Of a stretch of DNA of 64,000 nucleotides, positions 47,261-63,974 are shown in pieces (the first letter of the stretch is position 1; the number at the start of each line of letters is the position of its first letter). A program made the position numbers and the translations under genes. The notes beneath the pieces are model-generated. The model was not told the origin of the DNA and searched no databases. It saw only the letters and a list, made by a program, of their open reading frames with translations. Source of the stretch: Macrostomum lignano (taxonomy: Eukaryota); assembly GCA_002269645.1 (NCBI GenBank), contig NIVC01000131.1, positions 223,881-287,880 on the forward strand, written 5' to 3'.

Positions 47261-49584
47261 CAGACATCTCTCACTCCATCTCCAGACATCTCTCACTCCA
47301 TCTCCAGACATCTCTCACTCCATCTCCAGACATCTCTCACTCCATCTCTAGACATTATCTCTCACTCCATCTCTCACTCCATCTCCAGACATCTCTCACT
47401 CCATCTCCAGACATCTCTCACTCCATCTCTAGACATCTATCTCTCACTCCATCTCTAGACATCTATCTCTCACTCCATCTCCAGACATCTCTCACTCCAT
47501 CTCTAGACATCTATCTCTCACTCCATCTCTAGACATCTATCTCTCACTCCATCTCTAGACATCCATCTCTCACTCCATCTCTAGACATCTATCTCTCACT
47601 CCATCTCCAGACATCTCTCACTCCATCTCCAGACATCTCTCACTCCATCTCCAGACATCTCTCACTCCATCTCCAGACATCTCTCACTCCATCTCCAGAC
47701 ATCTCTCACTCCATCTCCAGACATCTCTCACTCCATCTCTAGACATCTATCTCTCACTCCATCTCTAGACATCTATCTCTCACTCCATCTCTAGACATCC
47801 ATCTCTCACTCCATCTCTAGACATCTATCTCTCACTCCATCTCTAGACATCCATCTCTCACTCCATCTCTAGACATCTATCTCTCACTCCATCTCTCACT
47901 CCATCTCCAGACATCTCTCACTCCATCTCTCACTCCATCTCCAGACATCTCTCACTCCATCTCTCACTCCATCTCTCACTCCATCTCTCACTCCATCTCT
48001 CACTCCATCTCTCACTCCATCTCCAGACATCTCTCACTCCATCTCCAGACATCTCTCACTCCATCTCTAGACATCCATCTCTCACTCCATCTCTAGACAC
48101 CTATCTCTCACTCCATCTCTAGACATCCATCTCTCACTCCATCTCTAGACATCCATCTCTCACTCCATCTCTAGACACCTATCTCTCACTCCATCTCTAG
48201 ACATCCATCTCTCACTCCATCTCTAGACATCCATCTCTCACTCCATCTCTAGACACCTATCTCTCACTCCATCTCTAGACATCCATCCCTCACTCCATCT
48301 CCAGACATCTCTCACTCCATCTCCAGACATCTCTCACTCCATCTCTAGACCTCCATCTCTCACTCCATCTCTAGACATCCATCTCTCACTCCATCTCTAG
48401 ACACCTATCTCTCACTCCATCTCTAGACATCCGTCTCTCACTCCATCTCTAGACATCCATCTCTCACTCCATCTCTAGACACCTATCTCTCACTCCATCT
48501 CTAGACATCCATCTCTCACTCCATCTCTAGACATCCATCTCTCACTCCATCTCTAGACACCTATCTCTCACTCCATCTCTAGACATCCATCCCTCACTCC
48601 ATCTCCAGACATCTCTCACTCCATCTCCAGACATCTCTCACTCCATCTCTAGACCTCCATCTCTCACTCCATCTCTAGACATCCATCTCTCACTCCATCT
48701 CTAGACACCTATCTCTCACTCCATCTCTAGACATCCGTCTTTCACTCCATCTCTAGACATCCATCCCTCACTCCATTTCTAGACATCCATCCCTCACTCC
48801 ATTTCTAGCTATCTATCTCTCACTCCATCTCCAGACATCTATCTCTCACTCCACCTCTAGACATCCATCTCTCCCCCTATCCAATAATCTATCCCCTACA
48901 GTCGCCAATGGCCAAAAAGGACACCATAAGGGCTTCGGGATATTGTACAGCAGCAGAGGCGGCAGCAATGAATCTTTCCTGCTAAATCTTCTAAAAAAAT
49001 CCGATATTTGATCCGAATGGTTGGGCCGCAAGTGTCCGACTTGCTAGATTCGAGTTTGGTGTGCCCAGCAGAAAGTTCTTAATTACAGATTGTTGTGCAG
49101 ATAGCCAGCATACAGAGTGCCCAGCTTTGCTGCAACTTACACTTTGCTATCTTTTTTTCCGGTCCAGAATTTCTTTTCGCCGATAAAATCCCCACGACTG
49201 TTTTGTTACAGTTGGAGTGATACAATGGAATGCCATTTATATTCTGTATAGTGTACAAACATCCAGACTGTAATATTTTATAGCGATTGTTCAGTGGTAC
49301 TGCAATCACATGCCATGTTTAGTCCAACTTTTAGGTGAGGCAAATGCACTCTTGCTGAAAAATGAAAGCTAATAATTTCAGACGCGAATGTCTTCATGGA
49401 CCCAATTATAGGCCGCTTCTATTGAGTGGGAACTGGGAGAGGAGAGGGTAGGACCGCATCCTAAACTGTACAGCAGGAGTGCAGTGGAACCGGGGTGCAA
49501 AATGCCAGACTGGCTTCCATAAATGATGCTAAAAAGTACCGATGGGAAGGCCAAACGGCAACTATTACCAATTAGGGGCGAAAC

Positions 49585-49990
49585 TGAACGAAGGGAGAGG
49601 GAATGAGGGGGATTGGGAGAGGGAATGAGGGGCAGATGGAGATTGGGAGAGGGAATGAGGGGGAGATTGGGAGAAGGAATGAGGGGGGATTGGGAGAGGG
49701 AATGAGGGGCAGATGGAGATTGGGAGAGGGAATGAGGGGGGATTGGGAGAGGGAATGAGGGGCAGATGGAGATTGGGAGAGGGAATGAGGGGGAGATTGG
49801 GAGAAGGAATGAGGGGGGATTGGGAGAGGGAATGAGGGGAAGATTGGGAGATTGAGAGAGGGAATGAGGGGGAGATGGGGAGAGGGAATGAGGGGGAGAG
49901 GGGAGAGGGAAAGGAAATGAGGGGAAAGGGGGAATGAGGAGGAGAGTAAAGAGGGTGTGAGAGGGAGAGGGAATGAGGAGATTGAATGAG
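49585..49990. repeat. Purine-rich compound repeat GGGAGAGGGAATGAGGGG..
   Basis: Direct repetition. Confidence 0.9.
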
Positions 49991-50403
49991 AGGGAGAGAG
50001 AATGGGAGGAGAAGAAAACAAGACCCAGGACAGAGGAGAGTCAGAAAGAGAATGTTGGTGGCAGAGCTGAAGATCCAGGGGGAGAGAGACAAGAGAGTCC
50101 GGTGAGGCGGCAGCAGAAGTGCATGAAGACAATCGCCTTCTTCAGTGCCTCAAGCAGGCCATAAACCAGCAGGGCTGTTTACATAGTCCGCATCAGTCAC
50201 TGATTGACAATGGCAGACAGTTGGGCATTTCTGGATGACTGGCGGCTCAGTCAGTGCGCGCCAACAAGGCCGGATTCAGAAGGACCTCGAAAGAAGAGAA
50301 TGGGCTTAGCGAATGCAATAGGAGAGTTTCGTTAAATTGAGCTCTGCTTCAGCAGGAGCGGTGATTGATAGCTGGCTGTTGAAGCCGAAAAGTTTTTAAC
50401 TGG

Positions 50404-50407
<4 letters not shown>

Positions 50408-50464
<57 letters not shown>
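50408..50464. repeat. (CT)n microsatellite
   Basis: About 28 perfect units. Confidence 0.97.
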
Positions 50465-50467
<3 letters not shown>

Positions 50468-50714
50468 GTTTCCTCCTCGCTCGGCCACTGTGTCCGGTGA
50501 CTGATGTGCCCGGACACTTCGGCTGATGAAGGAAAAATTGGACTAAACAGGGTTGGACTCACAATGGGGAGGGAAAATTCCTATACCGAAATTTGGGAGC
50601 TCTCGTCCATCGTCAGTCACGGCTTGCTTTGAGGTTCTCAACGAAACAATGGAAGCATTTGGTTGGCGTTGGAAATTGCTGGCAGACACAGTACGCTGGG
50701 ATTAGATGTAAAAA

Positions 50715-51242
50715 GCTTCCGACAGATACGGGAAGCTTCCGATAGACACGACAAGCTTCCAATAGACACGGCAAGCTTCCGATAGACACAGCAAGCTTCC
50801 GATAGACACGAGAAGCTTCTAACAGTATGGGAAGCTTCTACTAGACACGGGAAGCTTCTAACAGTATGGGAAGCTTCTAACAGTATGGGAAGCTTCTAAC
50901 AGTATGGGAAGCTTCTAACAGTATGGGAAGCTTCTAACAGTATGGGAAGCTTCTAACAGTATGGGAAGCTTCTAACAGTATGGGAAGCTTCTAACAGTAT
51001 GGGAAGCTTCTACTAGACACGGGAAGCTTCTAACAGTATGGGAAGCTTCTAACAGTATGGGAAGCTTCTACTAGACACGGGAAGCTTCTAACAGTATGGG
51101 AAGCTTCTACTAGACACGGGAAGCTTCTAACAGTATGGGAAGCTTCTACTAGACACGGGAAGCTTCCACTAGACACGGGAAGCTTCCACTAGACACGGGA
51201 AGCTTCCACTAGACACGGGAAGCTTCCACTAGACACGGGAAG
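50715..51242. repeat. 19/20-bp minisatellite CTAACAGTATGGGAAGCTT / CTACTAGACACGGGAAGCTT
   Basis: Two interleaved unit types. Confidence 0.94.
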
Positions 51243-51899
51243 CGTTTACCTTCCCGAGCAGACAGGAAGACACTGGAGATCTGCATTACAGGGTCAGCTA
51301 CCCTACATTCGACTTAAAGTTAACCAGCCGAATTCAATCTGCTGGCTGTCAACTCTGGAACACGTGACCCGCTGCACTAGTTGGCAGAAGGCCAACCAGC
51401 CTATCAAGCCCAGTCCATAGTCAAGTCGATGAGCCGGTTCCGACAGAAAGGAAGCGAGAGTTACTATTCACGGAACCAACCCATCTGGCCTGAGGGAAGT
51501 CAGTATGCAATTAGCGAAAAACAAACTGTGTGTCCAACCTAGCTTAGTCGGTGTCCCCTCCCCCAGAAACTGGGTCTGCAGCCAATCTACATGTATTGCC
51601 AGTTTTAACCTTCCCATGGGGCCGCAGTGGTCATTTCGGTTCACCAAAGGACGGGGAACAACTTACAGATTCTGAACACTGCACATCGCCCTACTGTTTT
51701 TTACATTGGCTCGACTGCGGATGTCAGACCTAAAACTGGGACTACGTGATCTTGGATCCAGAATTGTGATTTTGTCTATCCAGAGTCAACCTTATATTTT
51801 CAATCTGAAATCAAGACTCACGATTTACATCGATTGGCGGTTTTGAACAATTTGGAAATTTTGTTTTTTAATTCAGGTGCAGAATGGATTCTGTGGAAT

Positions 51900-52798
51900 C
51901 CAGGATTGGGATCTGGGATTCAAGATTGGCAGCTGGGATTCAGGGGTTGGCAGCTGGGATTCAGGATTGGCAGCTGGGATTCAGGATTGGCAGCTGGGAT
52001 TCAGGATTGGCAGCTGGGATTCAGGGGTTGGCAGCTGGGATTCAGGATTGGCAGCTGGGATTCAGGATTGGCAGCTGGAATTCAAGATTGGGAGCTGGGA
52101 TTTAGGATTGGCAGCTGGGATTCAGGATTGGCAGCTGGGATTCAGGATTGGCAGTTGGGATTCAGGATTGGCAGCTGGAATTCAGGATTGGCAGCTGGGA
52201 TTCAGGGGTTGGCAGCTGGGATTCAGGATTGGCAGCTGGGATTCAGGATTGGCAGTTGGGATTCAGGATTGGCAGCTGGAATTCAGGATTGGCAGCTGGG
52301 ATTCAGGATTGGCAGCTGGGATTCAGGATTGGCAGTTGGAATTCAGGATTGGCTACTGGAATTCAGGAGTTGGCAGCTGGGATTCAGGATTGGCAGCTGG
52401 GATTCAGGATTGGCAGCTGGGATTCAGGATTGGCAGCTGGGATTCAGGATTGGCAGCTGGGATTCAGGATTGGCAGCTGGGATTCAGGATTGGCAGCTGG
52501 GATTCAGGATTGGCAGCTGGAATTCAGGATTGGCAGCTGGGATTCAGGATTGGCATGTGGGGTTCAGGATTAGCATGTGGGGTTCAGGATTGGCATCTGG
52601 GATTCAGGATTGGCTTCTGGGATTCAGGATTAGCATGTGGGGTTCAGGATTGTCTTCTGGGATTCAGGATTAGCATGTGGAGTTCAGGATTGGCTTCTGG
52701 GATTCAGGATTAGCATGTGGGGTTCGGGATTGGCATCTGGGATTCAGGATTGGCTTCTGGGATTCAGGATTGGCATCTGGGATTCAGAATTGGCATCT
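51900..52798. repeat. 20-bp minisatellite GGATTGGCAGCTGGGATTCA
   Basis: About 45 copies, drifting at the right end. Confidence 0.95.
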
Positions 52799-53211
52799 GC
52801 TTAATTCTCAATTAAGTACAACGAGAAGGACATAGAGAGAACTAAGAACAGAAATTTTAGATCCAATATTGTAGAAATTTATTTTTTAAATTAATTAAAA
52901 CAATCGATTTAATTATGGAAAATTTCTGGTCAGCGTAGTTTTATTGAAGTCACGCAAATCAGATGCTTTCTGCACAGCGCTAGGCTTGCAAATGTGGATG
53001 ATTCTGCTGATAGTAGGTGTCAGCCTCGCATGCTCCTGGTGAGATTAAACCAAGAAATGATGACACAGTATGCGAAGAATTCTCATCCGCCTTTGAATAA
53101 TTTATTTTTGCTTCTATATATGAGAGTTAGTTACGAAAAATTCTGCTATTTAGTCGTAGATTATGAATAGATAATCGGTGAATGGCGGTGTTGCCAGGCA
53201 GGCAGAGGTGC

Positions 53212-54690
53212 TCAGGCGTAGTCCCACTGGAGCGCGTCTCTCGGTATGATGAAGCACCAGTAAACCACGTTGAACAGGGCGAAGGCCATGGGGTAGGAGA
53301 ACAGGAAGATCAGGTCCAGGCGGGCTGGGGTCAGGCGCCAGCCCGGTTGCTGCCGCCCCTGCTCCTGCGGATTGCGCGAGCACCTGCCGCCCGCTCTACC
53401 AGCTCGGTGGCGGCACCGGCAGAGGCGGCCGAACCGACCGGAATTGTCCGCCACCGATTCGGCCAGGTCGGCCCGGCCGTCGGCGTCGTCCGCCGTTAGC
53501 GGCATCAGCGTCTCGAGAGCGTCGAGCCTGCCGGACGCCTTGCCGCCGAGGTCCTGTAGTCGGCCTGTCGTGGACAAGCCCTGACTGTTAAGCCGTTCGA
53601 GGCGTTTCTTCTGCCGACGATTGATCAGGTTGATAGCCATGTACTCCAGCAGGGACAGGTGGATGAACGCGATGCAGCAGATGTGCCAGATGCCCAGTGC
53701 AGTGATGTAGGACACGGGAGGCAGCTTCCGCTCCAGGGCCACTGTCTCGGTGAGGAGAGCCAAGAGGCTCAGCGTTGATAGAGATACTCGGGCAGGAGCT
53801 GCGTTATAATCAATAGCGAATGAGGACCAGGTGATGAGCACTATGAGAATGGACGGTAGGTAATTATTAATTAAATAATACGAGTGTTTCCGCCTGAGAG
53901 TGAAATTTGCCATCAGATTGCTGAAGTTGCGACCAGTCAGCTGCGAGTAGTCCGTGCCGGCCATGTAGTTTCCGATTGGAGGGTGGAACTCGTTCAGGAA
54001 TGTGGCCATTGGGCTAGAGAACGAAATGCCATTCGTAGAGACTCCTGTTGTTGTATCATTGTCCGACCAGCGCAACTCCAGATCGTCCGTGCTCATGCCG
54101 AAGCTGCTGATTTGCATCGAGCACGACTGGACATCGAAGGGAAAGTCCTCCAGGTCCATGTGGCAGTGAAGGCGCAGGTTCAGCTTCTGGCTGTACAGCA
54201 GTGATCCATTCGGCCACAGCCAGAGCAGAAAGTTCCCGGAGGGCAGGTCGTGCCTCTCGATGCTTTTAGCGTTCTGAAAGAACACGTCCGGACGCCAGAC
54301 ATCTTCGAGCAGCTGGCTGAGCACAACGCGATCCGGGTGCCCGCTGTACCGAAGCCGCTGATCCGACCAGCGGAGGTGCAGCACCACCTCAATGGAGAAG
54401 TCCATTCTCAGAACGTCGATGGGACCGAAGCTGTCAATGTGAAAGCAGACGTACACAACAGACGGACCGCCGCCCGGCGGCACAGCGCGGAAGTGCTTGT
54501 CGTAGAATTCTCGGTCGACAAGAGTGTGCGTGAACTCCGTCAGGCTGGTGTTAGGGTGCTTGGCCACTGGGCTGGCCCTTTCAGTCACCTTTTCGGAGGC
54601 GGCAATGCTGGTTGTGCACAATTGTAGCACTGTCAGCAGCATGGAATACTGAGATGGCCATCGCCTGTGCTGCTTCCGCTGCTCATGCAT
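53212..54690 (-). CDS. Intronless Cys-loop ligand-gated anion channel subunit (GlyR/GluCl/GABA-A-like)
   Basis: Signal-like MLLTVLQLCTTSIAA; WSDQRL; VWRPDVFF; Cys loop CHMDLEDFPFDVQSC; M1 YLPSILIVLITW; PAR anion filter (AAPARVSL); M3; M4 DLIFLFSYPMAFALFNVVYW. The first ATG is at 54690; the track start at 54699 is TTG. Confidence 0.93.
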   Translation of the reverse strand: MHEQRKQHRRWPSQYSMLLTVLQLCTTSIAASEKVTERASPVAKHPNTSLTEFTHTLVDREFYDKHFRAVPPGGGPSVVYVCFHIDSFGPIDVLRMDFSIEVVLHLRWSDQRLRYSGHPDRVVLSQLLEDVWRPDVFFQNAKSIERHDLPSGNFLLWLWPNGSLLYSQKLNLRLHCHMDLEDFPFDVQSCSMQISSFGMSTDDLELRWSDNDTTTGVSTNGISFSSPMATFLNEFHPPIGNYMAGTDYSQLTGRNFSNLMANFTLRRKHSYYLINNYLPSILIVLITWSSFAIDYNAAPARVSLSTLSLLALLTETVALERKLPPVSYITALGIWHICCIAFIHLSLLEYMAINLINRRQKKRLERLNSQGLSTTGRLQDLGGKASGRLDALETLMPLTADDADGRADLAESVADNSGRFGRLCRCRHRAGRAGGRCSRNPQEQGRQQPGWRLTPARLDLIFLFSYPMAFALFNVVYWCFIIPRDALQWDYA

Positions 54691-56460
54691 GCTTAGCAAT
54701 GGTAAACTTACTTTGGACTATACTTGGTATTCAGATTGGAATGGGCGCTTGTAAAGTCTGGCTTCAGTTGAGCTCCCAGCAGTCAGTCTTTCGTCGTTGC
54801 ATCAAGGACCTTGTTGAGCTGCATAAGTCTTGAATGCTTTTTTCGTCTCCTTCTCCAGCTTCTTCAAATGCCACCTCTGCATAAGCAGGTGCAAACCTAG
54901 AGAGAGCTCGGGGGCCGATAAGCAGCGGCGAGATGAAGTGGACTGTTTCTTTATGGAAAGGCGGGACACTGAACAACAGTATGGGGGAGCGACGGGTGCC
55001 GCTAGTGGGAGCATGGGATTGGGGAAGTGGGCGAGGCCACAGAGCTCAGCCAACCCGCTGCTCCCTCCCCCCCACCGATTCCTCCCTCAATCTCTTTGCG
55101 CCGAGCCAATTCCCAAGCGGTAGATTGCAGCAATTGTGCGACGCGGCGACTCTCGCAGACTACTATAACAATTGAACCCAGGCCGACAACTGGCCCCGGT
55201 CGGGAACGAGAAGTGTTCAGACGGTGCGTGGCTTGGAAGCAATGGTTCAAGAGAAGAGAGAGAAAAGAAAGCTGGATAAAGCTATACGCAATGTTTGGAG
55301 ACTATACTCATGATCTGGCTGGATTATAGCTGGTATGGCTATGGCGGCATAAAAGAGGACTCCAGTTTGGTATACTTTATGAGCCAGAACCGCGCAGGAT
55401 CGGTATAAGTCAAGAGGCTATAAAGCTCTGCTGCGTGGGGGTTTCTGAGGGTGGCATGGCCTTGGCACCCTGTCATGCCTTTGTGGCACACTTTCCGGCT
55501 GCTTCCCGTCTGCATGCGTGGCCAAGAAGCCCAAGGGAGGGATCGCAGCTATCGCCTTGACGCACATCTAAAACTGTAGCTGCATAGCTGAAAGCCGCAT
55601 GTGTTTCCTATCTATCTGAGCAGAGAGAGAGAAAGAGAAAGAGAGAGATTGGGAGAGAGAGGGGGAAGGTTTCTCACCCAAATTTCAACCGGCTGTTACT
55701 CGGGTTGTTGCTGAGCAAAATATACAAAGCACTGCACTGCGCGCATGCGCCACTTTTTGAGATAGTGCGAACCAGGCAGAAAGCCCTACTAATAATCCAG
55801 TAATGCACATGCAGTATAACATGTAGTTTTATTCTCTATTTGACTGTGTTGAATTCTATATGGTTCTGTAGTAATAGAGACAAAAAATCTGCGTTATATT
55901 TTATACTCCGACACTGATGGCAGAGAGCTCGAGAGGGATGTGTGAATTCAGCTGAGCCTGTATTGATTAGAATGAGGTCATGCTGCCGCGGCTTCATGCA
56001 ATCGAGGCGCTAATCGAAGGACCACTCTTCGAAGCTAGCTGTGTTGGCATTCGAGCTATTTTAATAACTGGTAAAATGAAAATTTAATTTTGAATTGCTA
56101 AACGCTGCTGTTTTTCTCTCGAATTCGCTAACACGCAAATACAAACTGGCAGTCCGAAAAAACGATACATTTAAATTTTTGAAATTTTAGACATTCGATC
56201 ATAGATCATTCAAAACCAGCTGTGTTTTGTCCAAAATCAAGGTGTCAGTTAAGCAGGCAGAAACGCTAGCAGCCATTTCTTGATGCGCTTAAGAAAAAAC
56301 GAAAAATTCATACCTTTTAATTGTACTTAATGCCCTCTATTGAACTTGTGATGACCGGAACAACGGATTAACTCTATCGGCAAAGCCGTCAAAGCGAATG
56401 TTTTTCAGTGTTTAAGATTCAAAGATGAGCAGGCATATTAGTATTAAGATTAAAAGCCAG

Positions 56461-56994
56461 GGGGGTGTTTCTCGAAACTCACGTAAGTTCTATGGTAAGT
56501 TAGATCGTAAGAAAGAAATTTACGTGTAGCGTAAGTTTGCTCGTAAGACGCTTTCTCAAAACTCACTTAGACTTTGCGTGGCTTACGCTGTTCGTAAGTC
56601 GTATCTGAAACGAAAAGTTGCATGTCTATGGTCATAAATCTGCAAATATCTTTACTTAGTCTATCGTAAGTTGCTTTCGAGAAAGACCCCTTCGATAAAG
56701 TTTAACTTGACTTGGCTTGACTAAAGCTTCACGTACTATGCGATTAGTGCTTAAGTGCGTCTTACGACTGATACCGAGCAGTCGTATGGTTAAGATCAAC
56801 CTTACGAAAGACCATAGACATACGAACGTTTCGAGAAACAGTCTTTTGCGCAAAGTTACGAACTCGTAAAGTTGCGATCAATCTTACATGTACGCATAGC
56901 TAACTTGCGAGCCCTTCGAGCAACCCGTATGTGTAGCTTACCCAACTTACGTACGTCTATGGTCGATCGTAAGTTGCTTTCGAGAAAGACCCCC
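56461..56994. mobile_element. PIF/Harbinger-like MITE (534 bp)
   Basis: Ends GGGGGTGTTTCTCGAAA and TTTCGAGAAAGACCCCC, with a 3-bp flanking repeat CAG. Interior is rich in CGTAAG/CTTACG motifs. Confidence 0.72.
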
Positions 56995-57261
56995 CAGAGC
57001 GGTAGATATTAACGATGGTATGCGACCGAGGGAACTGTAGAGTGCGAGATATAGCCAAAAACTAAATACTAATGTGACAAGCTTTGACTGGGGCTACGTT
57101 ATGTCCCCCTGTACCGGGAGTGACGTGAACATTGATACGAACAGTAAGAACATTTCCTAATATTTTGTTGTGAAAGAGTCGAGGCGAGAACATACGCTAT
57201 AGTGTTATCAGAGGCTGTTTAGCATGTCGTAACGTTTCAAACAATGACACGTGATGGTCGG

Positions 57262-59102
57262 TCACGGAACAAAGCGGTCGGGGGCCCGTCGCCGGCGATT
57301 GGTTCGACGTGGGGATGCGCCTGAAGACTCAGCAGGGGCCACCGGGTCTTCCTGACGGCCGGTTGTGCTTTCGGGCTGCGTTTCCGGGTCCGCATCTGTC
57401 GCATTCCCGGAGCTATCAGCGGCATCCTCCTCCGGATCCTGGTTCGGGTCTGGTGCTAGCTGGTTGGTACTGGCGAGGCGCAAGTTATCTCCATCGCAAA
57501 TCCAAGCGGTGTTGCGGCCTTGGTGCAGGACGTACTCTACACGTTTAGGCAGCTCATCGTTGGTCAAGTGATACAGCACGCTTTCACCTTGCTGGAATGG
57601 CGAGACCGTACAGGGACTCGGATTGGCCGACCGAAGACCAACTCGGCCGGGCTCTTTCCACGAGTGTGCGACGAAACTCGGTGGTGCAGCAGAACTCTCT
57701 GTAAAAACGGAGTGAACTCTGCGTGGGTTATGCGATCATCCCAGGCACGCAGGGCGCGCTTGACAGTTTGCACGGCCAGTTCGGCGGCTCCATTAGCCTG
57801 GGGGTAATATGTTGGCGATTCGAGTTTGCGAACCCCGTTTGCCTTTAGCCAGAGGCGCACTGGGTCGCTAGTAAACTCTGGAGCATTGTCGGAGACCAGC
57901 AACTCAGGGATTCCGAAACGAGTGAATACGGTTCGAAGCGATGAAATTACAGATTTTGAGGAGCGATCCTTGCATGGAAACGCTTCAATCCATCCTGAGA
58001 AAGTATCGACGCTTCGTTGTACAAAGGCCCACTCCTTATGCAGTTTTTGGAAAGCGTACTCGGCAGATGGCCATGCGTGTCGTTCTGGTGATAATCTTGG
58101 TCGCAACTGATTGCAGATCGGACAGTTACGGACGAAGCGTTCAACATCTGCGCGCATTCCTGGCCACCAGCAGGACAAGGCCATGTAATTGTAGGCGGAG
58201 ATGTAGCCTGAGTGGGCGGTGTGCAGTGCGGAATGCCTCGGCTCTCAGCGTGATGGAATAAATATGCGACGCCCATAAACAAGTAGACCACCTTCAATGG
58301 TGAGGCTGTCAGAAACCTTAGCGAAGGGTCTTTCCGCCTGAGAGCAGCCCGTCGACCTTCCAGTTTTAACGCGATTAATTACGCTCTGAATAACTGGACC
58401 CATCTCCAATTCTGCTAGAATGCGGTGCTGTGGTACCATGAGCGTCTCAAACGCGACGCAGTTTATAGCATCGGACAGCTCTGCCGTATCTGCCGATGGG
58501 TCAGTAAAGCGTAAACGAGACAGAGCGTCTGCGTGAGGTATTTTGGACCAGGGCGTGTATTGATTTTAGTAGTCATAGTGCTTCATTGCAAATGCCCATC
58601 TCGAGATGCGAACAGATGTGTTGGTGGGCACGCCATGCGACTGGCCAAACAAACGAATCAGAGGTTGGTGATCTGTCTGTATGGTGAATTTTCGGCCCAT
58701 GAGATAATGCTTGAGGCGATTGACGGCCCAGAATATGGCCAGCGCTTCCCGTTCGATGTTCGCATAGTTCTTTTCAGCGCTGGACAAACAACGAGATATG
58801 AATATTACTGGGTGACGTCTTGCGTGACGACGCCGGCAAGTGCACCTTTAGAGGCATCAGTTGTGAGCGATAACTCCTCTAGCGAATATGGCTGGACCAC
58901 AGGTGCCGACGAGATTGATCCTTTTTAACGCTATAAACGCTTTATCGCACTCGGCTGACCAAACAAATGTGGCGTCATCACGCCGGAGGTTATGTAGGCA
59001 CTTCGTTTTGCCAGCAAAGTTTGGGACCAGCCGGCCAAAGAAATTAACTAGACCGAGAACCTGCTCCAGTTCCTTGCGGTTTGAAGGCGTGGCTATGTCC
59101 AA
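57262..59102 (-). pseudogene. Decayed Ty3/Gypsy (Mag-type) pol, RT end to integrase, 5'-truncated
   Basis: Fragments in several frames: ELEQVLGLVNFFGRLVPN; AEKNYANIEREALAIFWAV..TIQTDHQPL; VDTFSGWIEAF..LVSDNAPEF..NGAAE; C-terminal RRRAPDRF. No paired LTRs found. Confidence 0.9.
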
Positions 59103-59686
59103 GATCTTCTTGACGATAATTTTGACGTGGTTATGTAATTAGAATTACATGCATAAATAACGGACTCGTTCAACAAAATAAAATCGCTTTTGCCCAAAAG
59201 TACCTCTTGGGCCAGTATGCATTGTTGGCGACAGTTCAACTTCCGATTTTTCCTGCTCCGAGTTCTCCCGACTTTCAATGCAACTAAATTCTTAAATAGT
59301 GACTTTGAGTTGTTCGATTCGTGCTCAATTCCACACCCAGCTTCTTTCGGGTCATCCACAACCACCAAAATTTTCCTCCTCTGACATTCAAGCTTTTCGT
59401 GCACTACCACATCCCCCAATTTCGAGATATTTGATCCCACAAACGAAGGTTTCTAATAGTAAGTCTGGTGAGTTTTCTTGCCTCGTTCATTCTTTAAACT
59501 AAACATTATGGTTCTTATTAAAAAATATACAGAAAGACAGTATTATATTAAAATAATAAAAAATATAAGAAAATCATCTAAAAATTTTAAAGCAGTAAAA
59601 ACACGGTCATATTTTTGTTAGAATACAATTGCAGAAGTTATATTGACCACTTCCGACGATAACGTTCGTTGCTTTTCTTCTTACAG

Positions 59687-63974
<4,288 letters not shown>

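Larger units (their letters stand above)
42268..48860. repeat. C/T-rich satellite, 22-bp unit CATCTCTCACTCCATCTCCAGA with 26-bp variants, split by the LTR element into 42268-42412 and 47261-48860
   Basis: The same unit continues in register on both sides of the insertion. Confidence 0.93.

Noticed and set aside
474-52713. Long ORFs over tandem arrays (e.g. 489..1346, 1994..2749, 11943..12698, 32836..33672, 35161..36012, 36321..37727, 36325..38004, 51834..52673)
   Set aside because: They follow from stop-free repeat units, are often open in several frames and on both strands, and many lie inside introns with clear GT-AG ends.
489-52798. Arrays as CRISPR loci
   Set aside because: Units are contiguous with no unique spacers, there are no cas genes, and the context is eukaryotic.
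56347-57110. 3' LTR of the decayed Gypsy, split by the Harbinger MITE
   Set aside because: A PPT-like AGGGGGA (~57103-57109) and a CATCACA end (56347) exist on the - strand, but there is no TG start and no second LTR to confirm.
59093-59440. 115-aa ORF between the Gypsy relic and PABPC
   Set aside because: It starts at GTG, has no recognisable motif, and is antisense to the probable PABPC leader.
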